Source: Perkinsus olseni
Lineage: Eukaryota
NCBI GenBank assembly: GCA_013115125.1
Contig: JABANN010000003.1
Coordinates: 62,001 to 126,000 of the forward strand
Direction: 5' to 3'
Length of the DNA: 64,000 bases
The position numbers were made by a program, and so were the translations under genes. The notes beneath the pieces were generated by a model, which worked only from the letters and a program-made list of their open reading frames with translations, was not told the origin of the DNA and did not search any database. Of the stretch, positions 36,833 through 49,701 are shown one piece after another (within the stretch, counting starts at the first letter, position 1; every line of letters starts with the position of its first letter).

Positions 36833-39800
36833 ATGCCTGGGATGGGCTCGTCTTCAGAGCCGAAGCGACGCCAGGCGTGGCGGCGCCTTCTGCCCAAGTG
36901 TTTATGTCGCAAGCAGAAGGATGAAGTGCCCCAGGATGCACAACTTATATGTGCGGTGAATGTACCCAAGCTCTGCAGTAAGTGTGTTCAGGGCTGGTCT
37001 AACTCGGTTATGACCAGCAAATACACAGTTCTCACGTTTCTGCCCAAGAACTTGTGGTACCAGTTCCACGTCTTCTCCAACGTCTACTTTCTCTGTATGG
37101 CAATGTTGCAATTAGTACCTGCTATCTCTGACTCTAATGGTAAGCCGACTATGCTCACACCTCTAGCTTTGGTGCTGGGTGTAACGGCGTTGAAGGATGC
37201 CATCGAAGACTATCGGCGGCACAGATCCGATGCGGTTGAGAATTCGAGAGTAGCAGTGAGGTTGAATGCTGGTACAGGGCAGTTGGAGAAGGTTCCGTGG
37301 TCTAGTTTGGTGGTTGGCAACGTGGTGAAGCTGCGGAAGGGTGATGCTGTTCCTGCTGATATGGTCTTGTTATCGAGCTCTGATGATACCGGCACTGTGT
37401 ATGTCGAAACTAAAGACCTCGATGGTGAGACTAATCTCAAGGCTAAGGTCTGCCTTGAAGAAACACAAGGGCTGGATGTTCGGAAGATTAACGCAGCTTC
37501 ATCGGCTCGCGTTGATGACCACCTCTGCGTTCGTATTGCCTACGAGCAGCCTACGGCGTCACTGTATTCTTTTTCCGGGTCGATCGGTATAAACAACGAG
37601 GCTCCGTTGGCTCTGTCGGCTGATCAGCTGGTTCTACGTGGATCGAGTATTAGAACCACGAAGTATGCATGGGGAGTTGTCGTCTACACAGGTCACAACA
37701 CTAGGCTGATGGTCAACTCAGCGGCATCCTCCTCGGGAAGGTACAAGCTGTCTAAGCTAATGAAGATGTACAATACACATATCTTGCAGCTGTTCGCGCT
37801 GCAGATGTTCTTCTGTGCTATATCAGCGGTCTCCTACGCTCTTTGGAGCAACCTGTGGCAGGACAACTGGTATTTAGAGCGTCCAGAAGAAACCATTGGT
37901 ACGAAGATTCGCGAGGTGATTGAAGTTTTTGGTCGGCTCGTACTTCAATTCACTCTCTTCGTCCCTATATCCCTGCTGACTACCTTGGAGATCGTGAAGG
38001 TTGTCCAAGGTTATATTATTTCTCGCGATAGAAAGATGGTCCATGGCGATGTGAAGGCGCAAACCAATTCGGCTGGCACGGCCGATGATCTGGGGTGCGT
38101 GACTCACGTGTTCTCGGACAAGACCGGCACTCTCACCGAGAACTGCATGCTCATCAACACGCTTGGTATAATGGGTGACTTGAACCGCCAATTCGGTCCG
38201 AACCCACATTTGATGCAGCCGTGTGATACTCATGTGAGCCAGAAATTCCCCACGCGAGGTATCAAGGCAGTATCGACTGGGAAGGATGAGGCCAACCTTC
38301 GGCGGTTGTTGCTTGTTCTGGGGCTCTGTCATTCTGTACTCCGACAGCAGCGGGATGAGAGCGACTCGGACGATGGGGCACATCAGGGGACCCCGGTGGC
38401 GGGTAAATTGAACTACGCCTCCTCGGTTGATACTACTGGTGGCTCTTCAAGCAGCTGTGCAGCGGAAGATCCCAAGTCTACGGATGATAGCGAGGATCTC
38501 TATGATGCATCTTCGCCGGATGAGATGGCCTTGGTGGCTGGAGCACGCGAACTCGGTTTCGAGTTTTGGGGAAGACCGAGCGCCCACAACATTGTCATGA
38601 AGTTCACCAACGACTGGGCTAGGAACTTAATTGGTCATGACGGTGGTGTTTCTGATGACACCGACTTTATAAACTATGAGGTTCTGGAAGTGCTCGAATT
38701 CGACAACGTACGCAAGCGCATGAGTGTCATGGTGCGCAGTCCCACTACGGGGAAAGTTATGCTCCTTGTGAAAGGGGCCGACTCTACAATGCTGGAGGTC
38801 GCCACGTCTGAGACAGATTCGAATGGTCTGACTACCTACTTGCTCGGCCTTGCCACTCAGGGCCTTCGGACTCTGGTTTTAGGTGTTCGTGAGCTGAGCG
38901 GTTTCCCACTCGACAACTGGCGTGCACGCTACGGTAAGGCTCGCGCAGCTGGAGATACCGATGCCCTCAGCGAGCTGATATCGGAAGCCGAGATGGGAAT
39001 TACTATCGTTGGCGCCACCGGCATCGAGGATAAGCTCCAGGATCACGTGCCGGAAACCATCTCCGAGATTCGGGCTGCTGGGGTGAGTATGTGGATTCTG
39101 ACCGGCGATAAGGTGGAGACGGCCATCAACATCGGACGGTCCAGCAATTTGATCTCTCCTAATGGGGAGAACTTCGTCATCCAGGATCCTGATATGAACG
39201 AGAAGGATATCTTGGAAAAGCTCCAGGACATATCTGACAGGGGCGCGGAGCCAAGAACTGTATCGCTGACTATATTGGGCGACTGCTTGGCAACAATCCT
39301 GAAGAGTGACGATCTCCGCGAGCAGTTCTTCTCTGTCGGGTTGACCAAGTGCGGCACGGTTATTGCTTGTCGAGTCTCCCCGGCTCAGAAGGCAGACGTT
39401 GTGGCGTGGGCACAGAAGTACCACAGCAGTGGTACCATGCTGGCAATTGGTGATGGTGCCAACGACGTGGGAATGATTGTTACTGCCGACGTGGGTGTCG
39501 GAGTTGCCGGTCGGGAGGGAGCCCAAGCAGTGAGAGCAGCAGATTTCGCAATACCGAGGTTTTGCCACTTGCAAAGGCTACTCTTCGTTCACGGTCGCGA
39601 GACTATAAGAAAAAACACGCTTTTTATATACTACACTGTGTTCAAGAACGTCGCCTTTGGTATTCTGGCTATGCTGTTCGGGCCGTTCTGCATGTTCTCC
39701 GGTTCTATCATCTACGATCCTTTCCTCAAGGCGTGGTACAACACGTTCTTTACTCTGCTTCCTGTCATGGCATACGCCATCTTTGACCGAGACCTGCCTT

Positions 39801-40567
39801 ATAATATCCTCGCTAGGTGCTCCTTCCTGTACAAGTGGCCTCGGCCCTTGTTCTCGAAGCGAGTCCTGGCAATGTGGTTTTGGCACGCCTTCTACGTTGG
39901 TGGTGCCTGTTTGATAGTGTCTACTTACTTTTCTAGTGTATTCATTAGGAATCGCCGTGGTATGGTCGTTACCACGCTTCCCGAGCTATCGGTACTCGTA
40001 ATGGTGGTCCTCATTCCTCTGATGAATCTCATGATTTATCGTTGGGTCAACTCATTTCATTGGTTCACAACTCACTTTTTGTATAATATCTGTACCGTTC
40101 TATTTGTCGCGGCTCTGTTCATCCTCTATCGCTTCTTCCTCTGGGACATCCTCTTTAATCCCATGGGTGTTGCCATATGCCTAATGGGCTGGGCAACAGC
40201 TGTTTTACCGCTCATATTCTACCATACCTATATGTCGCTCTTCAAACCTGACAACGCTCGGATTGTCAAGGAAAGGCTTCACATGGGTGTGCATGATCTG
40301 GTCATCGGTAAGGGTGGTCCGGAGGTCGGCGGTGCTGCTGAGGTCTTGGTGCCTAATCTCACCGCTATTGAGCACACGACCACGCTGGCGTCGAGTGAAG
40401 TTGCCCATGAGGCGGCTCCGAGGTCCATGCGGGATCGTGTGAACTCTACCGGTTATGCCTTCAGTGAGTCGGAGAACCAAGATAGAATCGGATTATACGC
40501 CCATAGTAAAGTGCTACAACCGCTCTCTTCGAAGCTCGGCATCTTGAGGGAGAAGTCCCCTTGGTAA
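36833..40567 (+). CDS. P4-type ATPase (phospholipid flippase), intronless
   Basis: TSKY..LTFLPKNL, LDGETNLK, VPISL, FSDKTGTLTEN, SPDE.ALV, RKRMSV, KGAD, TGIEDKLQ, LTGDK.ETAINIG and GDGAND. Confidence 0.97.
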   Translation: MPGMGSSSEPKRRQAWRRLLPKCLCRKQKDEVPQDAQLICAVNVPKLCSKCVQGWSNSVMTSKYTVLTFLPKNLWYQFHVFSNVYFLCMAMLQLVPAISDSNGKPTMLTPLALVLGVTALKDAIEDYRRHRSDAVENSRVAVRLNAGTGQLEKVPWSSLVVGNVVKLRKGDAVPADMVLLSSSDDTGTVYVETKDLDGETNLKAKVCLEETQGLDVRKINAASSARVDDHLCVRIAYEQPTASLYSFSGSIGINNEAPLALSADQLVLRGSSIRTTKYAWGVVVYTGHNTRLMVNSAASSSGRYKLSKLMKMYNTHILQLFALQMFFCAISAVSYALWSNLWQDNWYLERPEETIGTKIREVIEVFGRLVLQFTLFVPISLLTTLEIVKVVQGYIISRDRKMVHGDVKAQTNSAGTADDLGCVTHVFSDKTGTLTENCMLINTLGIMGDLNRQFGPNPHLMQPCDTHVSQKFPTRGIKAVSTGKDEANLRRLLLVLGLCHSVLRQQRDESDSDDGAHQGTPVAGKLNYASSVDTTGGSSSSCAAEDPKSTDDSEDLYDASSPDEMALVAGARELGFEFWGRPSAHNIVMKFTNDWARNLIGHDGGVSDDTDFINYEVLEVLEFDNVRKRMSVMVRSPTTGKVMLLVKGADSTMLEVATSETDSNGLTTYLLGLATQGLRTLVLGVRELSGFPLDNWRARYGKARAAGDTDALSELISEAEMGITIVGATGIEDKLQDHVPETISEIRAAGVSMWILTGDKVETAINIGRSSNLISPNGENFVIQDPDMNEKDILEKLQDISDRGAEPRTVSLTILGDCLATILKSDDLREQFFSVGLTKCGTVIACRVSPAQKADVVAWAQKYHSSGTMLAIGDGANDVGMIVTADVGVGVAGREGAQAVRAADFAIPRFCHLQRLLFVHGRETIRKNTLFIYYTVFKNVAFGILAMLFGPFCMFSGSIIYDPFLKAWYNTFFTLLPVMAYAIFDRDLPYNILARCSFLYKWPRPLFSKRVLAMWFWHAFYVGGACLIVSTYFSSVFIRNRRGMVVTTLPELSVLVMVVLIPLMNLMIYRWVNSFHWFTTHFLYNICTVLFVAALFILYRFFLWDILFNPMGVAICLMGWATAVLPLIFYHTYMSLFKPDNARIVKERLHMGVHDLVIGKGGPEVGGAAEVLVPNLTAIEHTTTLASSEVAHEAAPRSMRDRVNSTGYAFSESENQDRIGLYAHSKVLQPLSSKLGILREKSPW

Positions 40568-41759
40568 GCGAGCCACGGTGGCTTCGGTCGTTCGCTTGCA
40601 GCCTTCCATTGTGCCCGCTGAGGTACAGAGGGGTCTACTTCCTTCCGTCTAGCTGCTGCGATACCGCAGTGTATAATTGAGATGCGGTTTTGCTGCTCTG
40701 TTCTCATAATCGATTGGATGCAGCGATGGTAGCTCAGATTGGCTGTAAGTGTATACCGGCCTCGAAGAGATGTGTGATTTATAGTTAAATTCGCAGTCGT
40801 GTTAGATGCAGTACTTTAGAGCAACTCCCCTCCGTGTGAAAGAGTTGCTGGCCGGTTTGATGGCCCGTGCAACCATGCACGGGTCCGGTGTTGTGTGTTT
40901 GAACTGATGTCGATTCACAGTATCATGATTGATGTATTCATTAGCAGTCTGTAAACCTGTTGTCATCAGTGCTGCATATCTCTGTCATATTTGTATCTTT
41001 GGTTCCGCTCACAGCCTCTGTTTTATTTGGGTTTGTGGCTGTCGTACAAGGCTATACTTCGCGATAGTTGATGAGTGGTCGTGGGCTGCAGCAGCGGCAC
41101 CAAGGCCGCTATGCTTGGATTACATTATTAACTCCAATGATTTGTGTTGTAAAGTTTATTCATGCGTGGATGGACGAGCTGTTTGAGACACATGGAGGCT
41201 GTTCGCATCTTGATCTCTACACATGCGAGCATTGAAGGGAGATATCTGCGCTGACGCCGAGGTTCGCGAGTCGCGAATCGCGACAGGTATTAGGGAAGGT
41301 AGCTTTTGCCTCGGCAGGACCGCTTGTTATGCTCGTCATCGTTTGCGATGTCGAGCGTATTTAGTCGGCATGTATTTGGCGGATTCTGCTACCAGAGAGT
41401 AGGGGAGTCTTACTGCTAGCTCCGATTCTAGCTCCGGCCCTGTGTTTGGTAAGCCATGCTGGCTTTCAGGCCGTCCGCCCTCCGTGGGAAGTTTCTATTC
41501 GAAACTTGGGACAACCACTCCACATCAAAGTTGCGGGAGAACTTCTGTGGCTGCCAATTTCTGTGATTCTGACGGACTTTCTTAATACAGTCTGATGTGA
41601 TCATTCGTTGATGTTTATCGCGCTCGTTAGGGCTGCGCAACTTCCTTCGCTCAACCCGTTGTATCGTGCGCTTGCAGATGGACGCACGCCACCCTTCTCA
41701 TCGTAGGAAGCTCTCAATTCCTCATTGCTCAGCAAGTTCGCCTATTTCCTCGTTATCGT

Positions 41760-44700
41760 ATGAAACCAGCGGCTCATCACACTAGGGATCGTCGCACTAA
41801 GAAACTCCTCAGAGACTATGAAGACCAGGCCATAAGAGGCCTCCGCTTTACCGTCAATGGCACGTAAGCTGGCTCGCGCTCCCGCTTATTCTGAAGGGGA
41901 GCGTCGCATGTCCTCTAATCCCTACAAGGATGGTCTGCCCTATATGGTTCAGGCCTGTCCACGTGGAAAACATCGACCCAGAATGCACCTTGCTGGAGTG
42001 GCTGAGGGCGTCTGGACTGTGTGGTACCAAATTGGTTTGTGGAGAAGGTGGATGTGGTGCGTGTACGGTGTCTGTCTACACTACTGACATCGTAACTGGC
42101 AAGGTGGGGGGGGGGGTTCGCGAATTCTTGGATCATCCATGTTGCCGCAACTTTCAGGCCGTGCACCGGTCAATAAACTCGTGTTTGGTGTCCGTCTGCG
42201 ACGTCGCCGGTTGTGAAGTAACGACGATTGAGGGTGTCAAGGTCAACGTGGGGGATCCCGAAGAGGCTGCGACGTTGTTTCGATCCGTAGGGTGACAGCT
42301 GCGAAGGCGAATGCGACAACGATGAGAATCGTTCGGGGACCGGCGGCTGCAAGTCGAACAAGCACGGTAGGTGGAGCGGAAACGCCGGCTTCGGCGACAC
42401 CGCAGCGCATCCGGTCTGTCGGATGGATGAGCGTGTATGTATGCCTCAGGGCCTGCGAACACTATGCTGCATCCAATCCAAAAAAGCCTTGCTGAGGCGC
42501 ATGGCTCCCAGTGTGGTTACTGCACCCCCGGGATGGTGATGAGCGTGTACGCCAAGTGGGCGGACGGGAAAAGACAGGTAAGATTGGCAGTAGTCAAGGG
42601 CGCTGCCTGACATCTTAGCCCCGCAGCTCGAAGCCTGTCAGATTCGCGATATCGAAGATGCGCTTGATGGGAACCTATGCCGTTGCACCGGCTATCGGCC
42701 TATCTTGCAGGGCATGTACAATCTAGCCGAAACTTCACAAGGGAACGGTGGAGATTCCATTGAGGTAGGTCGGAGGCACGGCCTCGTACGACGCCAGTTG
42801 CGCATCCGTCCTTGCTTTCGAGTGTTCGATGGTTTTTCAGAGTCTGGAATCTTGGAGCGACAACTCGTTTTTAAGTAGAAACTCTTTGACGACGGCGGAC
42901 CACACACCTTCGTCCAAGGCGCATTCGAAGGATTCTGCCGACGAGAAGCCCCTTCCTGGGAATCCTGACCGCCCGCTGTTCTTGCGCGGCCAGCACGTCG
43001 GGCACTCGTGTGACTATTATCGGCCTACTTCTCTTCACGAGCTCCTTACCATAATGACATACGTTGGAAACTACAGGTGAGTTAGAAGGCCACGAACGCT
43101 CGATCGATTCGTCGCTCGCCTGTTTGCACACTACCTCATCTGGAGTCTCGCTGCTCAGGCTCGCGGGGGGGCACTCTGAGCGGAGAATCGATAAGTTCTT
43201 CCGAGACGACCACGCCTATCCTATGGCATTGATATCAACTGCCAGAGTGAGAAGTTACCGCACAACACACTCGGTGACGTTCATGGTCGTAGGTGAAGGG
43301 TGCTATGAACTCGGTGAAGTTCGATCCCGATGGCAACCACGCTATTATCGGGTCCGCCGTCCCGCTCACCACTTTGAGGGAGCTCATCGAGCAGGCGGAC
43401 TACTGCGGATCGGATGTGTAATCGTCACTATTACGTTCCCCCTCTCGCGGTCTCGCTACAGAGCATCTCTGTCCTCGCTTTCTCAGGCTCCGTGGACTAG
43501 TCGCCATGCTCCGCCTCTTCGCCTCCGAGCACATCCGTAACGTCGCCACGCTAGGCGGTAATATCGCCACAGCCAGCCCGATCTCTGGTGAGCTCCGATC
43601 ATTGAAGCAGCCGCTCAAGTTTTGTTGTCAGATCTGAACGTCATCTGGCTAGCCGCAGGAGCCTCTTTCCAAATAGCGAGACTGTTCGAGTCGGGACAAA
43701 TTGAATACCGAGACGTAGGGTCTCCGCACTCGGGAAGAGGCATCGTGGATTTTTCTATCAGGTCCCCGTGGACGAGTTTTTCATATCTTATCGCAAAGTT
43801 GACCTGCATGACAAAGAAGTTTTAGTGAGCGTCACCGTGCCGCTCCGCTACGACAGGTTAGGTGGAGGGTTGGTGCTATCAGTCATACTGAATCGATTTC
43901 ATCTCAGTTTTCGAGTGTTCAAGCAGTCACGACGTCGCCAGGATGACCTCGCCATCGTGAATGCCGCTATTGCTGTACACACGGCAGCGAATGGTGTGAT
44001 CACTGAGGCCCGCGTAGCCCTTGGCGGGATGGCTCCTACTACCGTAAGCTCGTCAAGATCATTCCCAAAGGAAAAAGCGGATTTGGATTCAGGTTCGTGG
44101 GTTCCGGACCGAGGAATCACTGGTTGGACACTGTGTTGGCTGTCTCGAAACGACGCCGAGGGTTGTGGAGGCCGTAAAGGCTGAATTTTCATTGGCTCCC
44201 GGAACACCTGGAGGTGAGCGTTAATACCGATCTCGAGCCTGGCTACGAATGCCGTGTTCCTCCTGTTAGGCATGACCAAGTATCGTGTAGCCTTGGCTCG
44301 CTCGGTGCTGTACAAGTTCTGCATGGGCCTCGATGCAGGCGCCACTGAGTACGCGGTTCGGAGTCTTCGCTTCGCTCCAGTCTGAGATTCAGGTATGGTT
44401 TTACACCGGTCCACAAGCGTGGATTCCAGTACTATACTCCTCTCGGAGACCCCTTGGACCCTGTGGGCAAACCTGTGAAACACCTGGCTGCGGATAAGCA
44501 GGTATCTTATGCTTGGTCTTGGTCTGCTTCTCGACCCCTTCACGGCGGCGGCATGATCACCCGGTTGTTATCCCAGGTCCGTGGATGCGCTGACTATTTC
44601 GACGACATTGCATGCAGCCGCAATGAGCTCTACGTCGACTTCGTTCTCTCTACGCAGTCCACCGGGTCGGTCGTCTCCATGGATTTCTGCAGATGCCGCG

Positions 44701-47700
44701 ATATCGAGGGATTTGTTGGTGAGGTAATGAGCAATCAATCTTAGTTCCTCGGTTGGATCCCCGCGTTCCCAAATTCACAGGTCACTCACGAGGATTGCCA
44801 CGGTGCTCGCTCACTGGGTGCGATCGTCCATGACGAACCTGTCTTCGCTGTCGCTGATGCGGGATTCCATGTATCGCATTGCGGCCAGGTGAGTAGCCTG
44901 CAGGGTGTGAAGAACGCCTCGGGGTATCTCCTCGTGGTCAGATCTTGGCGCTAGTCGTAGCGACCAGCCGATACGCTGCACGAGTAGCCGCCAGAGCTGT
45001 CGAGGTACCGGATGCTCGCTCGTCTCTAGGCCGTCAGAGATCGCGGATGCTACATTCTGACCTATCCCGTCGCGATCAGGTGACCTACTCGGAGAACCGT
45101 CCACAACCGATAATCAGCATAGAAGATGCCATTCGAGAACAAAGCTTCCATGAACTCAATTTCGCGGGTATGGCATTGCTGATCGCCCCCTCAATGGCCT
45201 AGCGGTTCCGTAATGTTTAAACCTCGCGATTCAGGTGGAGGCGACAAGGCATGCATCCACAAAGTGCTGGACCTGCATATGGGTTCCAGCATCGAGGAGG
45301 TTATTGCTTTTTGCCGTTCACGACCTGACGAGTACGCCGTTGTCAGTGGCCGCTTCAAAATGGCCGGTCAGGAACACTTTTACTTTGAGACCCAAGTGAG
45401 CCTCCTCGGCAGTATCATTAGACTCGTGTCCATTCCGGTATTTTCAAGGGCGCCCGCGCAGTCCCTGCTGATGGAGGGACCGAGGTCGAAGTTTTCTCCT
45501 CTACGCAACATCCACATGAGACACAAATGTTCATCGCTGAAGTTTTGGGCATACCCTTCAATAGGGTTGTCGTTCGGACTAAGAGAATCGGTAGAAATAC
45601 CAGGAATCTCGCGGCCTTCAGGGTGTTCACTCGCAGGTGGTGGCTTCGGCGGGAAAGAGTCTCGCGCGTGCATTCTTGCTCCTTATGCTGCGCTGGCAGC
45701 CGTGAAGTTCAATTGTCCAGCCAGGTGACGATAACCGAGCACTACGATCAGTACGCGTAGTAGGGCTCTTCTCACGGCAGGTTTCAAATGGACCGTGATG
45801 TCGACATGGCCAACAGCGGTAAGCGTCATGCATTCCTCGCTGACTACACAGTTGCTGTCCGAAGAAGCGACAAAACGCTTGTCGCCGCTGACGTCGATTT
45901 ATACGTGAGATGATGGCGATTTCCGTTCATCTCCGACGCCCTTGCTTGAGGCTCCGAGTCTTCGCAGGCAAATGCTGGTTACTCCCACGATTTGTCGGAG
46001 CCTGTGCTAAATCGGGGCATGATGCATATGACCAACGCCAACTTCGTGCGCAACGTTCGAGTCACCGGTGAGTACCACAAGGTCGTAGCGTTCCTCTCGG
46101 CCTCGGTTCATTGGAGGAGCGTCCATATCAGGCCGCTTGGCGAAGACCAATATTGAGAGCAACACGGCATTCCGAGGCTTCGGTGGGCCCCAAGGACAAG
46201 CAGTTGCCGAAGTAGGGCCTCAATCCTCAAAACCTTAGTCGTATCATAGGGCTCAGGCGATGTTCGAGCATGCTGCATGCGAGCTGGGAATCACGCGGGA
46301 AGAGCTCGAGGACGCTAACTGGGCGCACGGACCCCATGGTGAGGGGAACCTGACTCACTACAATCACTGTCTCGGAGACGAGGTGAGCTCGGACTGCGTC
46401 TCATCGATCGTCCACTCCTCGAGTCTGGCAACACCTGGGCCCTCGGTATCCTCGGCAGGTGCCATCGAAGGATATGTGGGCTAAGCTTATGACTGACTCG
46501 GAATTCCATAAGCGGCGAACTGAGGTCACCGAGTTCAACAAGCAGAATCAGTATGTGAAGCGGGGAATCGCCGCGGTCCCCATACGGTAGGACAGGCATC
46601 GAGCAGACCCCTAGTCATTGCTATCGCAAGATACGGCATCTCCTTCACTGCTACGCACTTGAACCAAGCGACGGCACTAGTCAGTCTACAGAAAGACGGA
46701 TCCGTACAAGTTTGTCATGTTGGCGTCGAGATGGGACAAGGTCTCAACACCAAAGTGTCTCAAGTGCGATGTGAGAATCACCGTACCTGCTGATGCATGC
46801 TTGTGCAGGTTGTTGCGAGCGAACTGGGCATCCCCGTGGAGGCGGTACATATCGCTGAAGCTAATACCAGCAGGGCCCCGAATGGCGTGCCTACTGCTGC
46901 CTCCAGCGGGACTGACCTAAATGCGAATGCCGCGGTTGATGCTTGCAGGCAGCTTAAGGACGCCATCAAGGTAAGTGCACCGAGCATTGAGCTGCATGAA
47001 ACATGCATCCTGCAAACTCAGAACTATGTGGATCCATCCATTATCAACCCCCAGAAGAGACTAGCCAGCGCGGCCACCAAAGCTTGGTAAGGCTTCCATC
47101 ATCCATCTAGTTCCCTCCACATCCACTTTTCTCATTGCGCCGTGTGACTCCTGGCTTAGATCCGCTGTTGACCAGGTTCGATCGGAGATGCCTCAGCGCC
47201 GTTGGGTTCTACAGGACTCCAGAGATCTCAGGAGCCGACTGGTCCAAGAAGGAGGTGAGTTTGACGCTCAGCTATGAGTCCACCAGAGCGAGTACTCATC
47301 GCAACCCCCGTACAGGTCAACACTTTCAACTCGGTTCCGTTTTACTATTACACTTACGGAGCCGCAGCTTCGGAGGTCGAAGTGGATTTGCTCACCGGAG
47401 AGGCCCGAGTGGTACGTGTCTCCCCCCTGACACCCGCCTGTGAGCGGTACCTTGTGTCAGTTACGCGTTGACATAGTCCATGACGTTGGGAAGTCCATTA
47501 ATCCCGCCATCGACATTGGGCAGATAGAGGGTGCGTTCATGCAGGGGTACGGCCTCTTCTGCATGGAGGAACCGGTCTACGATCATCAGGGCCGCTTAAT
47601 CACTCGCGTGAGTTCATTAGCAACGTTTTGACTTCCTGAACGTGCGATCTGTAGGGGCCTGGATCGTACAAGATTCCTTCATTCGATGACATACCTTGTG

Positions 47701-48051
47701 ACTTCCGTGTGGCCCTGTACGATAGGACTAGCGGGCCTTCTATCCGCGCTAGCAAAGCGGTTGGAGAGCCACCACTCTTCGGAGCTGCAAGCGTGAGTCG
47801 GAAGCTGTGTGGTATGCCTCCACCTCGTGCCATCAGTGTTGGTTGGCATCCTGTGCACCCTTCTGTTGGTGTAGGTATACTACGCCATCAAGGAAGCGAT
47901 CTACGCTTCCCGAGGAAATCGAAAACATTTTGAACTAGTTAGCCCGGCAACCCCCGAGCGTATTCGTTTAGCCATATCTATCCCCGAAACTGGGGATGAC
48001 TGCCGAAGTAACGATGAACCGATCGAGGACAAGTGGCACGCCTTCGCCTAA
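41760..48051 (+). CDS. XDH: Xanthine dehydrogenase (2x[2Fe-2S], FAD and Mo-cofactor domains), highly interrupted by introns
   Basis: [87 protein letters not shown] and KAVGEPP. Confidence 0.95.
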
Positions 48052-48452
48052 GCGTGTCAAACCCCTCTACAAGTGCCAATTGCTCGGAATATGTTCCAGT
48101 ATTCTTCAACCTGGGAACATGACGAGCTCGCCCCTGGCACATGCTGAGGCCGAATGTTTTGTACTGCTTCACAGTGTAGTATATACGCCCGCGCAGACGT
48201 GGGCATCTACAGGTAGAATTTTTCATCCGACTTTGTTGACGACCTGCGGAATGATCGTGGGTATCTACTGCTTGAATTTTTTATTTGACTTTTTCAACGA
48301 ACCCCATACAGATGCTTCTGTGTCCCGCACCATTCTCGATGCTTTTACTATGTACTGTACTGGGCTGTTGAGTTCGAAGATAGTTGCGAAGATATAGATG
48401 CTATCGCGATATCGTCATTCAAGGGGAATTATTTCTTAGCCTGTAGCTGCGA

Positions 48453-49701
48453 ATGTCAGCGAGGTTGCCGGAAGAGGTACCGCTAAGGTCATCGGCAAGG
48501 CTGCATGGCGTGAAGCTTAGCCAGGCAGTGTTCGACGATGAGTCTCTGAGAAGTGAGCCAAGGTTCTGAGAGCGCGACTTAGGAGGTTCTTCCCGCGTTG
48601 AGGTACTCCAAGAAAGGTCCGGAAGCCAACTAAGAGCGCTGGGAGCGCCGCACCTGCGAAACGGCCTCCGGAACTGGCTGGACTCGAAGAACCTGACTCG
48701 GGCGCGCATAAGAGGGGCCGCTCGAGAAGAAAAGCGCGTCCGACGACGCCTACTAGCACTAAGTCTTCGAGGCCTAAGGCTAGAGCGAAGGCGAAGAAAG
48801 GGCCAGCCCGGCAGAAAGTGGACCCAGTCGATGCTACCAACAGTCCCAGTCATTCAGCAGCAGCCGCAGTAGGCCGGGGCTCTAAAACAACAGTGACGGA
48901 GCCTTTGCGACCTTCAAAAGAGAGAAAAAGGAAGAGTGTAATGTGTTTAGAACCGCCGCAGTTCCACTTGCATCTTCAGGCCAGCGCTAAGAGAGTAAGA
49001 AAGACGATATCGAAGGATCCTGAAGTAGTATCGGACGCGCTGTTCTGTCGTGAACATCTGACCAGGTTCACTCAAGTGGCTCGAAGGCTCGCGGGGTACG
49101 CCTTATCGTAGAGGGCGGAAAACAGGGAACGGGCGATACCCCTGTGGATTGGTCTGAAAAAGTAGGACTGTCGGAGATTTGTCGCTCGTGGGAAGCGGCA
49201 TCCGGGGAATATGAGAATTCGAAATGCATTGTCGGCGCCGACTTTGAGAAGATTTCTAGTTGGCGTCGGATGTATAGCAGAGCTCTCGGTTTTCTGCTAC
49301 ATCCTCTTGCACTCATCTCTTGTCTCTTTCTCAGACGCCCGACGCTCGCGGCACAGCGCATTCGGTCGATCGAGAAACCTCTCTCCAGTGAGGCGCTGAC
49401 CTTCGCTCGCTTCACGAGATTGGCTCTTCAGGGACGACAAGCGGCCGACATGGTTACCCAAGCGTTACCGACGAAGGTTCGTCCTTCCTTCGAGGCGGTT
49501 CGGGTGAGTCTTATCGACTCCAGCTCTCCTCTGCCATCGTTAAGGTCCCTCAGAACGAGAAGGCCGGCCGAGGCTCGCAGAGGTGGACAAGGCGTTCTAG
49601 GGCGAGCCGTCCCTATGGGGCTCATGGCAGCAGGGGTCGTGTCTGGCATGATCATCGCGTACTTTTATCCGGCCTTGCGAGAGCTGCCACACCGCTTGTG
49701 A
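48453..49701 (+). CDS. Hypothetical protein with basic low-complexity N-terminus and C-terminal hydrophobic helix
   Basis: Plus-strand exons with GT-AG boundaries ending GLMAAGVVSGMIIAYFYP... Confidence 0.5.
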
